DNA of 56,317 nt, filler included, from Candidatus Desantisbacteria bacterium CG1_02_49_89 (GTDB taxonomy: Bacteria; Desantisbacteria; UBA1551), in NCBI GenBank assembly GCA_001871075.1. It is 4 parts of 4 records of this genome, joined end to end, with 100 filler letters (N's around TTAATTAATTAA, not from the genome) between each part and the next. Parts side by side here need not be neighbours in the genome. Positions count along the whole stretch, not along the records: positions 1 to 14,912 come from MNUP01000068.1; 3 more parts are not named here. The stretch is one strand, 5' to 3'. Below the pieces are notes generated by a model. The model worked only from the letters and a program-made list of their open reading frames with translations. It was not told where the DNA came from and did no database searches. Of this stretch, positions 1-9,276 are shown piece by piece (position 1 is the stretch's first letter; each line of letters opens with the position of its first letter). A program made the translations under genes and the position numbers.

Positions 1-9
1 CCTAAAAAT

Positions 10-46
10 CGAGATTGCCACGCTCCCTTTGGTCGCTCGCAATGAC
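10..46. repeat. REP-like palindrome half (GAGATTGCCACGC...CTCGCAATGAC)
   Basis: Matches the right half of the element at 10180-10262 (GAGATTGCTTCG...CTCGCAAAGAC). Confidence 0.6.
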
Positions 47-123
47 AACTCAAAGCAGAATCAAATGTCAAGGGATTTATGTAACACCACACTAGGATCT
101 AACATCCAGCATCCAGGATCTAT

Positions 124-1119
124 ATGTTAATACTCGGGATTGAAACTTCGTGCGATGAAACCGCGGTAGCGCTTGTCGAAGACGGCAGGAAGATATCGAT
201 AGATCTTGTTGCCTCGCAGGTCAGCTTCCATTCCCGCTACGGGGGCGTGATACCCGAGGTTGCGTCAAGAAAGCAGATAGAGCTTATAAACCCGCTGCTA
301 CGCGAAGCGCTTACGAAGTCCAAAACCAAATGGAAAAATATCGACGCGGTCGCGGTTACCGCGGAGCCGGGGCTGATCGGTTCCCTGCTTGTGGGGATCA
401 GCACAGCCAGCGTTCTTTCTTATGTGAACAAGATTCCTTTGTATGAAGTAAATCACGTTGAATCGCATCTCTACGCCAACTTCCTTGCGAACGTCGTACA
501 TCGCCCTAGCGGGTCGTACGTCGAACGTGAACTGCAGATGCCGTTTATCGGGTTAGTTGCTTCCGGGGGACACACAAGCCTTTTTCTTGTGAAGGACCAC
601 CAGCATCTTGAACTGCTGGGTTCAACCCGTGATGACGCGGCAGGCGAAGCATTCGACAAGGTCGCGAAGCTCCTGGGGCTTCCGTATCCCGGAGGGCCCC
701 AGATACAGAAATACGCTAAAATGGGAAACCCGGAAGCAATTAAATTTCCGCGTCCGTACCTGCACGGCTCATACGATTTCAGCTTCAGCGGTCTCAAAAC
801 CGCGGTCGCCTATTATTTAAAAAATACGATGCACGATGGACGATGCACGATGGACGGCAAATTAAAGGCGGATGTCGCGGCGGGTTTCCAGGCAGCGGTC
901 GTTGATACGCTTGTTTATAAAACAGTGAAGGCCGCGAAAAAAAATGGAATAAAGCGGATAGCGATTGGCGGCGGGGTTGCCGCGAACAAAGCCCTGCGCT
1001 TGATGCTTCGTTCCGAAACCGCAAAGCACGGCATCGAGCTTTTTATCCCGCCGGTCAGGCTCTGCCTTGACAACGCGGCGATGGTGGCGGTAAGAGCGTA
1101 TTTTAAATATCAATTATGA
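124..1119 (+). CDS. tsaD: tRNA N6-adenosine threonylcarbamoyltransferase TsaD
   Basis: ILGIETSCDET N-terminus, NHVESH metal motif, SGGHT, DDAAGEAFDK, YPGGP, FSFSGLKT, DNAAMV. Confidence 0.97.
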   Translation: MLILGIETSCDETAVALVEDGRKISIDLVASQVSFHSRYGGVIPEVASRKQIELINPLLREALTKSKTKWKNIDAVAVTAEPGLIGSLLVGISTASVLSYVNKIPLYEVNHVESHLYANFLANVVHRPSGSYVERELQMPFIGLVASGGHTSLFLVKDHQHLELLGSTRDDAAGEAFDKVAKLLGLPYPGGPQIQKYAKMGNPEAIKFPRPYLHGSYDFSFSGLKTAVAYYLKNTMHDGRCTMDGKLKADVAAGFQAAVVDTLVYKTVKAAKKNGIKRIAIGGGVAANKALRLMLRSETAKHGIELFIPPVRLCLDNAAMVAVRAYFKYQL

Positions 1120-1213
1120 ATTATGAATGATGAGTTATGAATTAGAAACAAGGATTTTATTTAAATTAACTCCTTGCTGTTGATTCATAATTAATAACTC
1201 ATAACTCATAATT
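1112..1213. repeat. Inverted pair of heptamer arrays (TTATGAA/TTATGAG ... CTCATAA/TTCATAA) around an AT-rich core
   Basis: Directly visible; related copy at 4311-4406; left array supplies the tsaD stop codon. Confidence 0.85.
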
Positions 1214-1226
1214 AAACGGAGTGCAA

Positions 1227-1670
1227 ATGATAACTAACACGGAAATGATCATACGGCTGGTGATGGCAATGGTGCTTGGAGGACTGGTAGGCTGGGAAAG
1301 GGAAATATATCACAAGCCAGCGGGGTTCCGCACCCATATACTTGTGTGCCTCGGCTCAAGCCTTTTTACCATTCTTTCGTTTTCATTTCCCTGCGGGCCG
1401 GGATTTCAGGCGGTAGACCCAAGCAGGATAGCGGCCGGCATCGTGATGGGGATAGGTTTCCTGGGAGCGGGCGCGATCCTGCACGGACAGGGAAGCGTCA
1501 GCGGCCTGACTACAGCCGCGAGCATCTGGGTTGTGGCAGCTATCGGCATGGCAGCAGGCAGCGGTTTTTATATGGCAGCGGCTGTGGCAACAGGCCTTGT
1601 GGTGCTTGTGCTTTTCGTCCTGAACAAGGTCGAAAAGTATTACATCGAAAAAACCAGCAAACCAAAATAA
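1227..1670 (+). CDS. MgtC/SapB family membrane protein
   Basis: GWERE..HKPAGFRTHILV, DPSRIAAGIVMGIGFLGAG, GLTTAASIW motifs; ATG 1227 follows GGAG. Confidence 0.93.
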   Translation: MITNTEMIIRLVMAMVLGGLVGWEREIYHKPAGFRTHILVCLGSSLFTILSFSFPCGPGFQAVDPSRIAAGIVMGIGFLGAGAILHGQGSVSGLTTAASIWVVAAIGMAAGSGFYMAAAVATGLVVLVLFVLNKVEKYYIEKTSKPK

Positions 1671-1715
1671 TCACCTCAACAAGTTGAGGCACCCAAAAAG
1701 GAAGGAGTAAAAGCA

Positions 1716-2717
1716 ATGCCAGAACTGAGGAAGGATCCGATAATAGGAAGGTGGGTTATTATATCGACAGAAAGGAAAAAAAGACCGTTTGATTACCCTC
1801 ATGTGCCGCTGGACGACAAGAACGGCGCTTCGTGCCCGTTCTGCCAGGGGAATGAGAGCAAAACCCCTCCAGAGATCATCGCTCTCAGGAACCCGGAGAC
1901 AAAACCCAACACCCCGGGATGGTGGGTCAGGGTTGTTCCCAATAAATTTCCGGCGCTTCAGATCGAGGGCCAGCTGGACCGCAGGGCGGAAGGAATGTTC
2001 GACGTGATGAGCGGGATAGGCGCCCACGAAGTCATTATTGAAACGCCTGACCATACCAAAGAACTCCCGGACCTGGAAGACAAGAATCTTGAGGACGTAA
2101 TATGGACGTACCGCGACCGAAGCGTGGACCTGCGCAAGGACAGCAGGTTCAGATACATTTTGATCTTCAAAAACAAGGGCGGGGAAGCGGGCGCGTCCCT
2201 GGCTCACGCGCACTCCCAGCTCATAGCAACCCCCATTGTGCCCAAAAGGGTCGTGGAGGAAATGGAAGGCGGGAAGGCGCATTACGATCTGAAGGAAAGA
2301 TGCATTTTCTGCGATATTATACGGCAGGAAATAGAGGAAAATATGCGCGTTGCCTGCGAGAACGAAAACTTTATCACGATCGAGCCGTTCGCGCCAAGGT
2401 TCCCGTTCGAGACCTGGATCCTGCCCAAGGTCCACGAGAGCGATTTTACCCGCATCCAGAAACACTCGGCGGCAAGCCTGGCGCAGATACTGAAGCTGAC
2501 CCTGAAGAAAATGAACAAGATACTGAACAACCCTCCTTATAATTTTATAATACACACCTCGGACTGCCAGTCTCCTTTTCTGCCGCATTACCACTGGCAC
2601 ATAGAAATAATACCCAGGCTCGTGAAGCACGCGGGTTTCGAGTGGGGGAGCGGTTTTTATATAAACCCCACGCCGCCCGAAGAGGCGGCGAAGTTCCTTA
2701 AGGAAGCCGAACTTTAA
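1716..2717 (+). CDS. galT: Galactose-1-phosphate uridylyltransferase family (GalT-like)
   Basis: ELRKDP..GRWV, CPFC.GNE, VVPNKFPAL, GASLAHAHSQ (HxHxQ), HWHIEI, GFEWGSG. Confidence 0.92.
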   Translation: MPELRKDPIIGRWVIISTERKKRPFDYPHVPLDDKNGASCPFCQGNESKTPPEIIALRNPETKPNTPGWWVRVVPNKFPALQIEGQLDRRAEGMFDVMSGIGAHEVIIETPDHTKELPDLEDKNLEDVIWTYRDRSVDLRKDSRFRYILIFKNKGGEAGASLAHAHSQLIATPIVPKRVVEEMEGGKAHYDLKERCIFCDIIRQEIEENMRVACENENFITIEPFAPRFPFETWILPKVHESDFTRIQKHSAASLAQILKLTLKKMNKILNNPPYNFIIHTSDCQSPFLPHYHWHIEIIPRLVKHAGFEWGSGFYINPTPPEEAAKFLKEAEL

Positions 2718-2721
2718 CTGC

Positions 2722-2826
2722 AGTTTACAAAGTTTATATAGTTTACTAGTTTACATAGTCAAGATTCAGAAACTTTGCAAACTGTGTAAACTCTGTAAAC
2801 TTGTCCCAAGGGGATCCCTTTGGGAG
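2722..2826. repeat. Nonamer array inverted pair (GTTTACAAA-like / TTTGTAAAC-like) followed by palindrome TCCCAAGGGGATCCCTTTGGGA
   Basis: Visible; same nonamer family at 5842-5883, 18131-18166, 19462-19507, 55667-55688; palindrome related to 38528-38549. Confidence 0.8.
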
Positions 2827-2852
2827 AAACTTTTAAGAAGAAAGGAAGCTAA

Positions 2853-4331
2853 ATGAAAGTGCTTATTGTGGCGTCAGAAGTAGTTCCGTTCGCGAAAACC
2901 GGGGGGCTTGCGGATGTGGCGGGCGCCCTGCCCAAAGCGCTGAAGTCGCTTGGGGTGGACGTGCGCGTCGCGATGCCCAGGCACAAGTGCGTAAGCGACG
3001 GAAAATTCGGGCTGAAACCTTCCCACATATCGCCGCTTTCCTTTGACGTGCAGACGGGATTATCGACAGAACGCGCGAACCTGCGGACCGGCAGTATTTC
3101 CGCCGGGCCGTCCGGAGGGGAGATCCCCGTTTATTTCATCGAGAACAATAAGTATTTCGACAGGGACGCGCTTTACGGGGACCAGCACGGTGATTATCCT
3201 GATAACGGCCTGAGGTTTTCGTTCTTCTGCAGGTCGGTGCTGGAAAGCCTGAGGGTTTCCCTGTTCCAGCCGGACGTGATACACTGCAACGACTGGCAGA
3301 CCGGCCTTATACCGGCGTACCTTAAGACGATCTACGGGGAGGACCTCTACCTTAAAGGCATAAAAACGCTTTACACGATACACAACATCGCCTACCAGGG
3401 CCTTTTTGAGCCGGGCATAATGGACTACGCGGGCCTGAACAAATCCCTGTTCAACTTCCGCCAGCTGGAATTTTACGGGAAGATGAATTTCGCGAAGGCA
3501 GGGCTTGTTTTTGCGGACGCTATAAATACTGTCAGCGAAAAATACGCCGGCGAGATAATGACTCCCGATTTCGGCTGCAAGCTTGAAGGCGTGCTGAAAG
3601 AAAGGAGCGGTGACGTTTACGGGATAATAAACGGGATCGACTACGAAGAGTGGAACCCTTCAACGGACGGCAGCCTTAAGACCGCGTATGATGGAAACAT
3701 GCTTGAGGGAAAGCTTGAAAATAAAAAAGCGCTCCAGGCTGAAAGCGGCCTGCCCGTTGACAGCGGCGTGCCGCTTTTCGGGTTTGTAGGCAGGCTTGCG
3801 GCGCAGAAAGGGCTTGATATCCTCTCGGAAGCGCTTCCCGGGCTTCTGGAAGAGGATGTCCAGGTGGTAATGCTGGGCAAAGGGGATACCTCGTATGAAA
3901 AACTGTGCGGCGAGATCGCGGCGAAATATCCGAAAAAAGTAAAGGTTATACTGGGTTTTGACGTTGCCATGTCGCACAGGATCTACGCGGGAAGCGATTT
4001 CTTCCTGATGCCTTCGTTTTTTGAGCCCTGCGGCCTGGGGCAGATGATAGCGATGAGATACGGTTCTATACCCGTCGTTCATTATACGGGCGGGCTTGCG
4101 GATACCGTGGCGGTTTACAATGAGGTAACCGGGGGCGGTAACGGCTTTGTGTTTAAGCGCTACTCCGCGGCAAAGCTGCTCGCGACCCTTAAGAACGCGC
4201 TTGGGGTTTTCCGCAGCAAGGAACGCTGGCTGGGCCTGGTAAGACAGGCAATGGGTTACCGCTTTTCGTGGGAGAAATCAGCGAAGAAATACCTTGAATT
4301 ATATAATAAAATTATGAGTGCTGAATTATGA
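2853..4331 (+). CDS. glgA: Glycogen synthase (GT5)
   Basis: KTGGLADV, HCNDWQT, TIHNIAYQG, GIINGID, PSFFEPCGLGQ, TGGLADTV. Confidence 0.97.
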   Translation: MKVLIVASEVVPFAKTGGLADVAGALPKALKSLGVDVRVAMPRHKCVSDGKFGLKPSHISPLSFDVQTGLSTERANLRTGSISAGPSGGEIPVYFIENNKYFDRDALYGDQHGDYPDNGLRFSFFCRSVLESLRVSLFQPDVIHCNDWQTGLIPAYLKTIYGEDLYLKGIKTLYTIHNIAYQGLFEPGIMDYAGLNKSLFNFRQLEFYGKMNFAKAGLVFADAINTVSEKYAGEIMTPDFGCKLEGVLKERSGDVYGIINGIDYEEWNPSTDGSLKTAYDGNMLEGKLENKKALQAESGLPVDSGVPLFGFVGRLAAQKGLDILSEALPGLLEEDVQVVMLGKGDTSYEKLCGEIAAKYPKKVKVILGFDVAMSHRIYAGSDFFLMPSFFEPCGLGQMIAMRYGSIPVVHYTGGLADTVAVYNEVTGGGNGFVFKRYSAAKLLATLKNALGVFRSKERWLGLVRQAMGYRFSWEKSAKKYLELYNKIMSAEL

Positions 4332-4406
4332 ATTATGAATCAACAGCAAGGTTTTAATTGAAATAAAATTCCTTCATTCATAATTCATAACTCATAATTC
4401 ATAATT
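4311..4406. repeat. Second TTATGAA/TTCATAA heptamer inverted-pair element
   Basis: Same units as 1112-1213 with the core in opposite orientation; overlaps the glgA 3' end. Confidence 0.85.
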
Positions 4407-4416
4407 GAGGTGTAGG

Positions 4417-5850
4417 ATGCAATTGCGGCAGGAGCAAAAACAAGACTTGAGGCAGGAGCAGTGGATGAAACTGCAGTTAGTGCAGTTCATGAAGTTACTG
4501 CAGCTGTCAAGCCTTGAGCTTCAGGACGCGGTAGAGCAGGAACTGGAACAGAACCCGGTGCTTGAAGCCAGAGAAACCAAGGAAAACGCCGTAGAAGACA
4601 TCGAACAGAAGGAGATAGAGGCAAAGCCCGGGTCGGACGAGGAAGTGTCGCCGGAAGAAGGGATGACTGCTGAAACAGCCGATTCAAAGTTTGAATATAC
4701 GAAAGCCCTTACCGGGTCCACTAAAGGCACCGCCGCGGTGATCGAGAAGGTCGTTTCACGGCATTCCTCTTTGCGCGATTACCTGATGGAACAGCTGGTG
4801 CTCAAACAGGCTCAGAGCCCAGCGGATTTCACCAGGTCAAAAATATGCGAATTTCTTATATGCAACATAGACGAAAGGGGGTACCTGAGGGCGGGGATAA
4901 AGGAAACCGCGGATATACTTCAGGTGGAAGAAGCCCTGGTAGAAAAAGCGTTAAAAAACGTGCAGGGCCTTGACCCGCCCGGCATCGGAGCCAGAGACCT
5001 GAAAGAATGCCTTCTGCTGCAGATTAAGACACTGCGGCTTGAACCTGCCAGAGAGGAACTTTTGAGGCAGGTGGTTGAAGGTCATCTGGACGATATGGCG
5101 GTCGGCAGGTTCAACAAGATCGCGAACGCGCTGGGCAGGACAGAGGATGAAATAAGGGAGATAAACGCGCTCATAAAAAAACTTAATCCATACCCCGGCC
5201 AGTCATATTCCTCCGAAGAAGCGTGTAAAGTAATACCGGAAATTTTCATTACCAAAAACAGGGATAAGCTTGAGGTTGCCGTTGATTCAAAAAGGATACC
5301 CAGGCTTCACCTGAACCCGCTGTACCTCAATATGTCGAGGGAGAAAAGAGCCGAAACAAAGGATTACCTTAAAAAAAAGATAGAATCGGCGAAGATTTTT
5401 ATGGGCGCTCTTGAAAAAAGGCAGGAGATGATGAGGAAGATATCGGAACTGGCCGCGCACAGGCAGGCGGATTTCATAGAAAAGGGCGTCAGTTACCTGA
5501 AACCTTTGACCATGGAGGAGACGGCAGGCATTGCCGGAGTGCATGTTTCCACGGTCAGCAGGGCAATAGCCAATAAATTCGTCCAGAGCCCCAGGGGAAT
5601 TTTCCCGCTTAAATTCCTGTTTTCCGCGCCGGTAACAAAGGGCGGGCAGATCTCTTCGCGCAGTGTCAAAGAGCGTATTGCACGGCTTATTGAAGGGGAG
5701 GACACAACAAATCCCCTGAGCGACGAGCAGGCGGCGCTGCGGCTGAAAAGCGAAGGTATTGATATAAGCCGCCGTGCTGTTGCCAAATACAGGGCCGCGA
5801 TGAACATATCGTCCACTTTCAAGCGACGCACTACAAAAAAAAGTTTATAG
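4417..5850 (+). CDS. rpoN: RNA polymerase sigma-54 factor
   Basis: Q/L-rich region I, ELEQNPVLE, DPPGIGARDLKECLLLQ, LKPLT, HVSTVSRA, RpoN box SRRAVAKYR. Confidence 0.97.
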   Translation: MQLRQEQKQDLRQEQWMKLQLVQFMKLLQLSSLELQDAVEQELEQNPVLEARETKENAVEDIEQKEIEAKPGSDEEVSPEEGMTAETADSKFEYTKALTGSTKGTAAVIEKVVSRHSSLRDYLMEQLVLKQAQSPADFTRSKICEFLICNIDERGYLRAGIKETADILQVEEALVEKALKNVQGLDPPGIGARDLKECLLLQIKTLRLEPAREELLRQVVEGHLDDMAVGRFNKIANALGRTEDEIREINALIKKLNPYPGQSYSSEEACKVIPEIFITKNRDKLEVAVDSKRIPRLHLNPLYLNMSREKRAETKDYLKKKIESAKIFMGALEKRQEMMRKISELAAHRQADFIEKGVSYLKPLTMEETAGIAGVHVSTVSRAIANKFVQSPRGIFPLKFLFSAPVTKGGQISSRSVKERIARLIEGEDTTNPLSDEQAALRLKSEGIDISRRAVAKYRAAMNISSTFKRRTTKKSL

Positions 5851-5914
5851 AGTTTACATAGTTTACAAAGTTTACACAGTTTTAAAAACCTTAATCTCAA
5901 TCTCAATCTTAATC
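5842..5914. repeat. GTTTACA.A nonamer array plus CTCAAT/CTTAAT hexamer array
   Basis: Visible; the first unit contains the rpoN stop codon. Confidence 0.8.
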
Positions 5915-5934
5915 TGTTTTTCAAAGGAGTCAAG

Positions 5935-6249
5935 ATGGCTGAAGAGACGATCGTGAAGGTGAAGGCAGCGGAAAAAGAATCGCAGGAAATCGTAAAAAAG
6001 GCGCATTCAGAGGCGGACACGATAATTTTAGAAGCAAGGGAAAAAGCAAAGAAGGATATTGAGAACGAGACCGCAAAAGCCGGGAAAAACGCCGAGGAAA
6101 CGGTCCTGAAAGCGGTCCGCAAGGGCGAAGAGGAATCCGGCGCGGTAATAAGGGAAAGCGAAGAGCAGAGAAAGAAGATCAGGGAAAAAGCCCGGTCAAA
6201 CCAGAGAAAAGCGGTTTCTTTCGTTATGGAGCAGGTTAAAAGATCCTGA
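5935..6249 (+). CDS. A/V-type ATP synthase peripheral stalk subunit (G/H)
   Basis: 104 aa E/K/A-rich coiled coil (KVKAAEKES..IV..A..EA..II.EA) directly upstream of subunit I. Confidence 0.8.
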   Translation: MAEETIVKVKAAEKESQEIVKKAHSEADTIILEAREKAKKDIENETAKAGKNAEETVLKAVRKGEEESGAVIRESEEQRKKIREKARSNQRKAVSFVMEQVKRS

Positions 6250-6259
6250 ATACATTTTT

Positions 6260-6293
6260 GCGACGAACGACGTACGACTTACGACGTACGACG
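6260..6293. repeat. CGACGTA heptamer array
   Basis: cgacgaa-cgacgta-cgactta-cgacgta-cgacgga. Confidence 0.8.
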
Positions 6294-6308
6294 GAATAAG
6301 AGGATAAA

Positions 6309-8333
6309 ATGGCTATAGGAAAAGTCAAAAAAATACAGATAATAGGCCATCGCAGCGAACAAAACGAGATCGCCGGTTTCCTGCAGGAGGCGGGCGCGGT
6401 CCAGCTGGTAAAACCCGTTATTTCCGAAGAAGAGTATCCTGAAATTTCCGCGGGTGAAGAGGAAGAGATCGGCAAAAAGATCTCGGTGCTTGAGCAGGCG
6501 ATAAACTACCTGGAGAAGATCGGGGAAAAGAAGGGCCTGCTTGCAGGGCTCATAAAATCCAGGATACTGCTGGATGCCGGGCAGCTCCGCGGCATACTTG
6601 GCGCTGACCATGAAAAAACCCAGAGCGATGTCCGGGCGTTGCAGGAGGAATTAAGCGGCCTGGACCAGAGAGAAAAACACCTTGTAGGAGAACTGAAGCT
6701 GGTCCTGCCGTGGCTGAAGCTCAATGCGGCGCTTGCGGACCTGGCCGCAGGCAGCGGCAGCGCGGAAGTGATACCGGGTATGCTCCCGTTAAAGAATATG
6801 GATGCGTTGCGCGCCTGCCTGGAAAAGGAATTCGGCGAAAGATATTCACTGGAAAACGTGAGCGTCGAAAAGGATGCGGCGTACGTCCTGCTTGTCCTGC
6901 TGAAGGAGGATTATCAAAGGTTCAAGCCTGCCGAGACAGGTTTCATCAGGATAGAACTGCCCCGCGTGCCAGGGACCCCTTCGCAGGCGGCGGAAGATAC
7001 CATGAAGGAGCTGGCGGAGATCTCGAAGCAGAAACTTGCAGCCAGGGAAGGAGCAACCGCTTTACTGAAGGAGAAAGCAAACCTGATGGCGCTGTATGAC
7101 CACCTTGTGAACCAGAAAAACAAGGAAGGGGCAAAAAAGGAGTTTTTCAATTTTCCGCACGCGTTTGTCCTGGAAGGCTGGATAAGGGCCGCGGACCTGG
7201 GAAAACTGCAGGCACAGCTGCGCGATAAATTCAGCGAGATAGAAATAACCGAAGTCGAGCCGGGAAAAGACGAACAGCCGCCTGTCGCGCTGGAAAACCC
7301 TGAGGGTTTAAAGCCGTTTGAAATGCTCACAAGGATGTACGGCATGCCGGGTTCGAAAGACATGGACCCCACACCTCTTATAACCCCGTTCTTTGTTCTC
7401 TATTTCGGGCTGTGCATAACTGACGCGGCCTACGGCGTCGTGATAATGCTGCTCGCGTATTTCTTCATAAGGCGCTCAAAAACAAAGCCAAGCAGCCTTT
7501 TATACATTCTTTTCTGGGGCGGCCTGCTTACGATCTTCGGCGGGGCGATCACAGGCTCCTGGTTCGGGGACGCCATCGACAAGTTCAGGATATTCTCGGT
7601 TTTCGGGGGGCTGAAAAAATTCATGATATTTGACCCTATGGTGAACCCGATAATATTCCTGGGACTTGCGTTGGTGCTTGGGTTCACGCAGATATGCTTC
7701 GGCCTGTGCGTCAAGATATACAAGCTGGCCAGGAATAAAATGGTGATAGACGCCATATGCGACCCGTTCTGCCTGCTTATGATGATGATGGGCATACCGA
7801 TGCTTGTTGCTTCATTCATGAAGATCCTTCCGCCTATTTATTTATCCGTATCCGCGGCAATGCTTATATTCGGGGTCCTGACCACGTTCTTCTACGTGTT
7901 CGTGAACACCAAAGAAACGTTCTTCATCCGGTTTTTCCTCAGCGCCTACTCCATTTATTCCGCTGTTACGGGGTGTTTTCTGGGAGACACGCTTTCGTTT
8001 TCCAGGCTGGTCGCCCTGGGAATGGCGACATCCGGCATAGCCCTGGCAGTGAACGTAATTGCGCAATTTGCCGCCGGGATACCGGTGGTCGGCATCGTGC
8101 TTGCCATAATCGTGCTTGTCGGCGGCCATGCCTTCAACATAGTGCTTCAGGCTTTCGGCGCGTTTGTGCATTCCATGCGCCTGCAATACGTTGAATTCTT
8201 TACAAAGTTTTATGACAGCGGGGGCAGGGAATTTAAGCCCTTCGCAAAGGAATATAAATATACAGCATTAAGCGAACCTGATAAAATAGTTAAGTCTATG
8301 CAGGAGAGAGTTGGTTATTTCCAAAAAACATAA
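6309..8333 (+). CDS. ntpI: A/V-type ATP synthase subunit I (a)
   Basis: EGWI, PPVALEN, PFEMLTRMYGMP, DPTP, GDTLSFSRLVALG, FVHSMRLQYVEFFTKFY. Confidence 0.95.
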   Translation: MAIGKVKKIQIIGHRSEQNEIAGFLQEAGAVQLVKPVISEEEYPEISAGEEEEIGKKISVLEQAINYLEKIGEKKGLLAGLIKSRILLDAGQLRGILGADHEKTQSDVRALQEELSGLDQREKHLVGELKLVLPWLKLNAALADLAAGSGSAEVIPGMLPLKNMDALRACLEKEFGERYSLENVSVEKDAAYVLLVLLKEDYQRFKPAETGFIRIELPRVPGTPSQAAEDTMKELAEISKQKLAAREGATALLKEKANLMALYDHLVNQKNKEGAKKEFFNFPHAFVLEGWIRAADLGKLQAQLRDKFSEIEITEVEPGKDEQPPVALENPEGLKPFEMLTRMYGMPGSKDMDPTPLITPFFVLYFGLCITDAAYGVVIMLLAYFFIRRSKTKPSSLLYILFWGGLLTIFGGAITGSWFGDAIDKFRIFSVFGGLKKFMIFDPMVNPIIFLGLALVLGFTQICFGLCVKIYKLARNKMVIDAICDPFCLLMMMMGIPMLVASFMKILPPIYLSVSAAMLIFGVLTTFFYVFVNTKETFFIRFFLSAYSIYSAVTGCFLGDTLSFSRLVALGMATSGIALAVNVIAQFAAGIPVVGIVLAIIVLVGGHAFNIVLQAFGAFVHSMRLQYVEFFTKFYDSGGREFKPFAKEYKYTALSEPDKIVKSMQERVGYFQKT

Positions 8334-8353
8334 AAATATAACGTGAGGCATAC

Positions 8354-9163
8354 ATGGTTAAAATAAAAGCCGGGATAATAGGGTGCGGGGCGATAGGAAG
8401 CGAGCTCGCGAAATTCATAGACACCCAGGTGGCGCACATGGAGCTTGCGGCGATCTGCGACGCTGTCCCTCAGAAAGCGAAGGAACTCGCGGATAACCTT
8501 GTGAAGCGCCCGGCCATAATTGACATGGACAGGCTTATTGACGGCTCGGAGCTCGTCATAGAGGCCGCCTCGAAGGACGCGGCAAAGGAAATTATCAGGA
8601 AGTGCTGCGACAAATCGAGGAATATGCTTGTTATGAGCGCGGGTGCCGTGCTTGAGGACCAGTCAATCCTGGACCACATAAGAAAAAAGGGAATACATCT
8701 CTACCTCCCTTCCGGCGCGATAGCCGGGCTTGATGCTTTGAAAGCAGCGCGCGCGGGTGAGATCAGCTCGGTGACGCTTACAACCAGAAAGCCGCTCAAA
8801 GCGCTTGAGGGAGCGCCGTTCATAGCCCAGAACAAAATAAAGCTCGAAGACATAAAGGAAGAGACCCTTATCTTTGAGGGAAGCGCTGCAGAGGCGGTTT
8901 CCGCGTTCCCGGCAAACATAAACGTGGCGGCGCTTCTGAGCCTTGCCGGCATCGGCCCAAAAAAGACAAGGGTGCGAATATTCGCCAGCCCCCAACTTGA
9001 AATTAATATGCACGAGATTGAAGTAGCGGGGGAATTCGGGAAATTCACAACACGAACGGAAAACCTGCCATCGCCGCATAATCCTAAAACAAGTTACCTT
9101 GCCGTTCTTTCCGCAATGGCAATGCTCAGGCAGATAGCGGATACAGTGAGGGTCGGCACCTAG
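8354..9163 (+). CDS. nadX: L-aspartate dehydrogenase
   Basis: GCGAIG Rossmann motif, PSGAIAGLD, TTRKP, FPANINVA, NPKTSYLA. Confidence 0.95.
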   Translation: MVKIKAGIIGCGAIGSELAKFIDTQVAHMELAAICDAVPQKAKELADNLVKRPAIIDMDRLIDGSELVIEAASKDAAKEIIRKCCDKSRNMLVMSAGAVLEDQSILDHIRKKGIHLYLPSGAIAGLDALKAARAGEISSVTLTTRKPLKALEGAPFIAQNKIKLEDIKEETLIFEGSAAEAVSAFPANINVAALLSLAGIGPKKTRVRIFASPQLEINMHEIEVAGEFGKFTTRTENLPSPHNPKTSYLAVLSAMAMLRQIADTVRVGT

Positions 9164-9167
9164 CTGC

Positions 9168-9272
9168 ATTGCAAAAGTCAAATTGTAAATTGTAAATTGC
9201 AAAAGTTAAAAGAAAACACATTCCGCAACTTTAAAAGCTTAAATTCGTGGAAATTCGTGTTAATTCGTGGTT
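9168..9272. repeat. AAATTGT heptamer array and AATTCGTG 10-mer array
   Basis: Visible; 9242-9272 is the reverse complement of 18095-18125. Confidence 0.75.
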
Positions 9273-9276
9273 GCAA

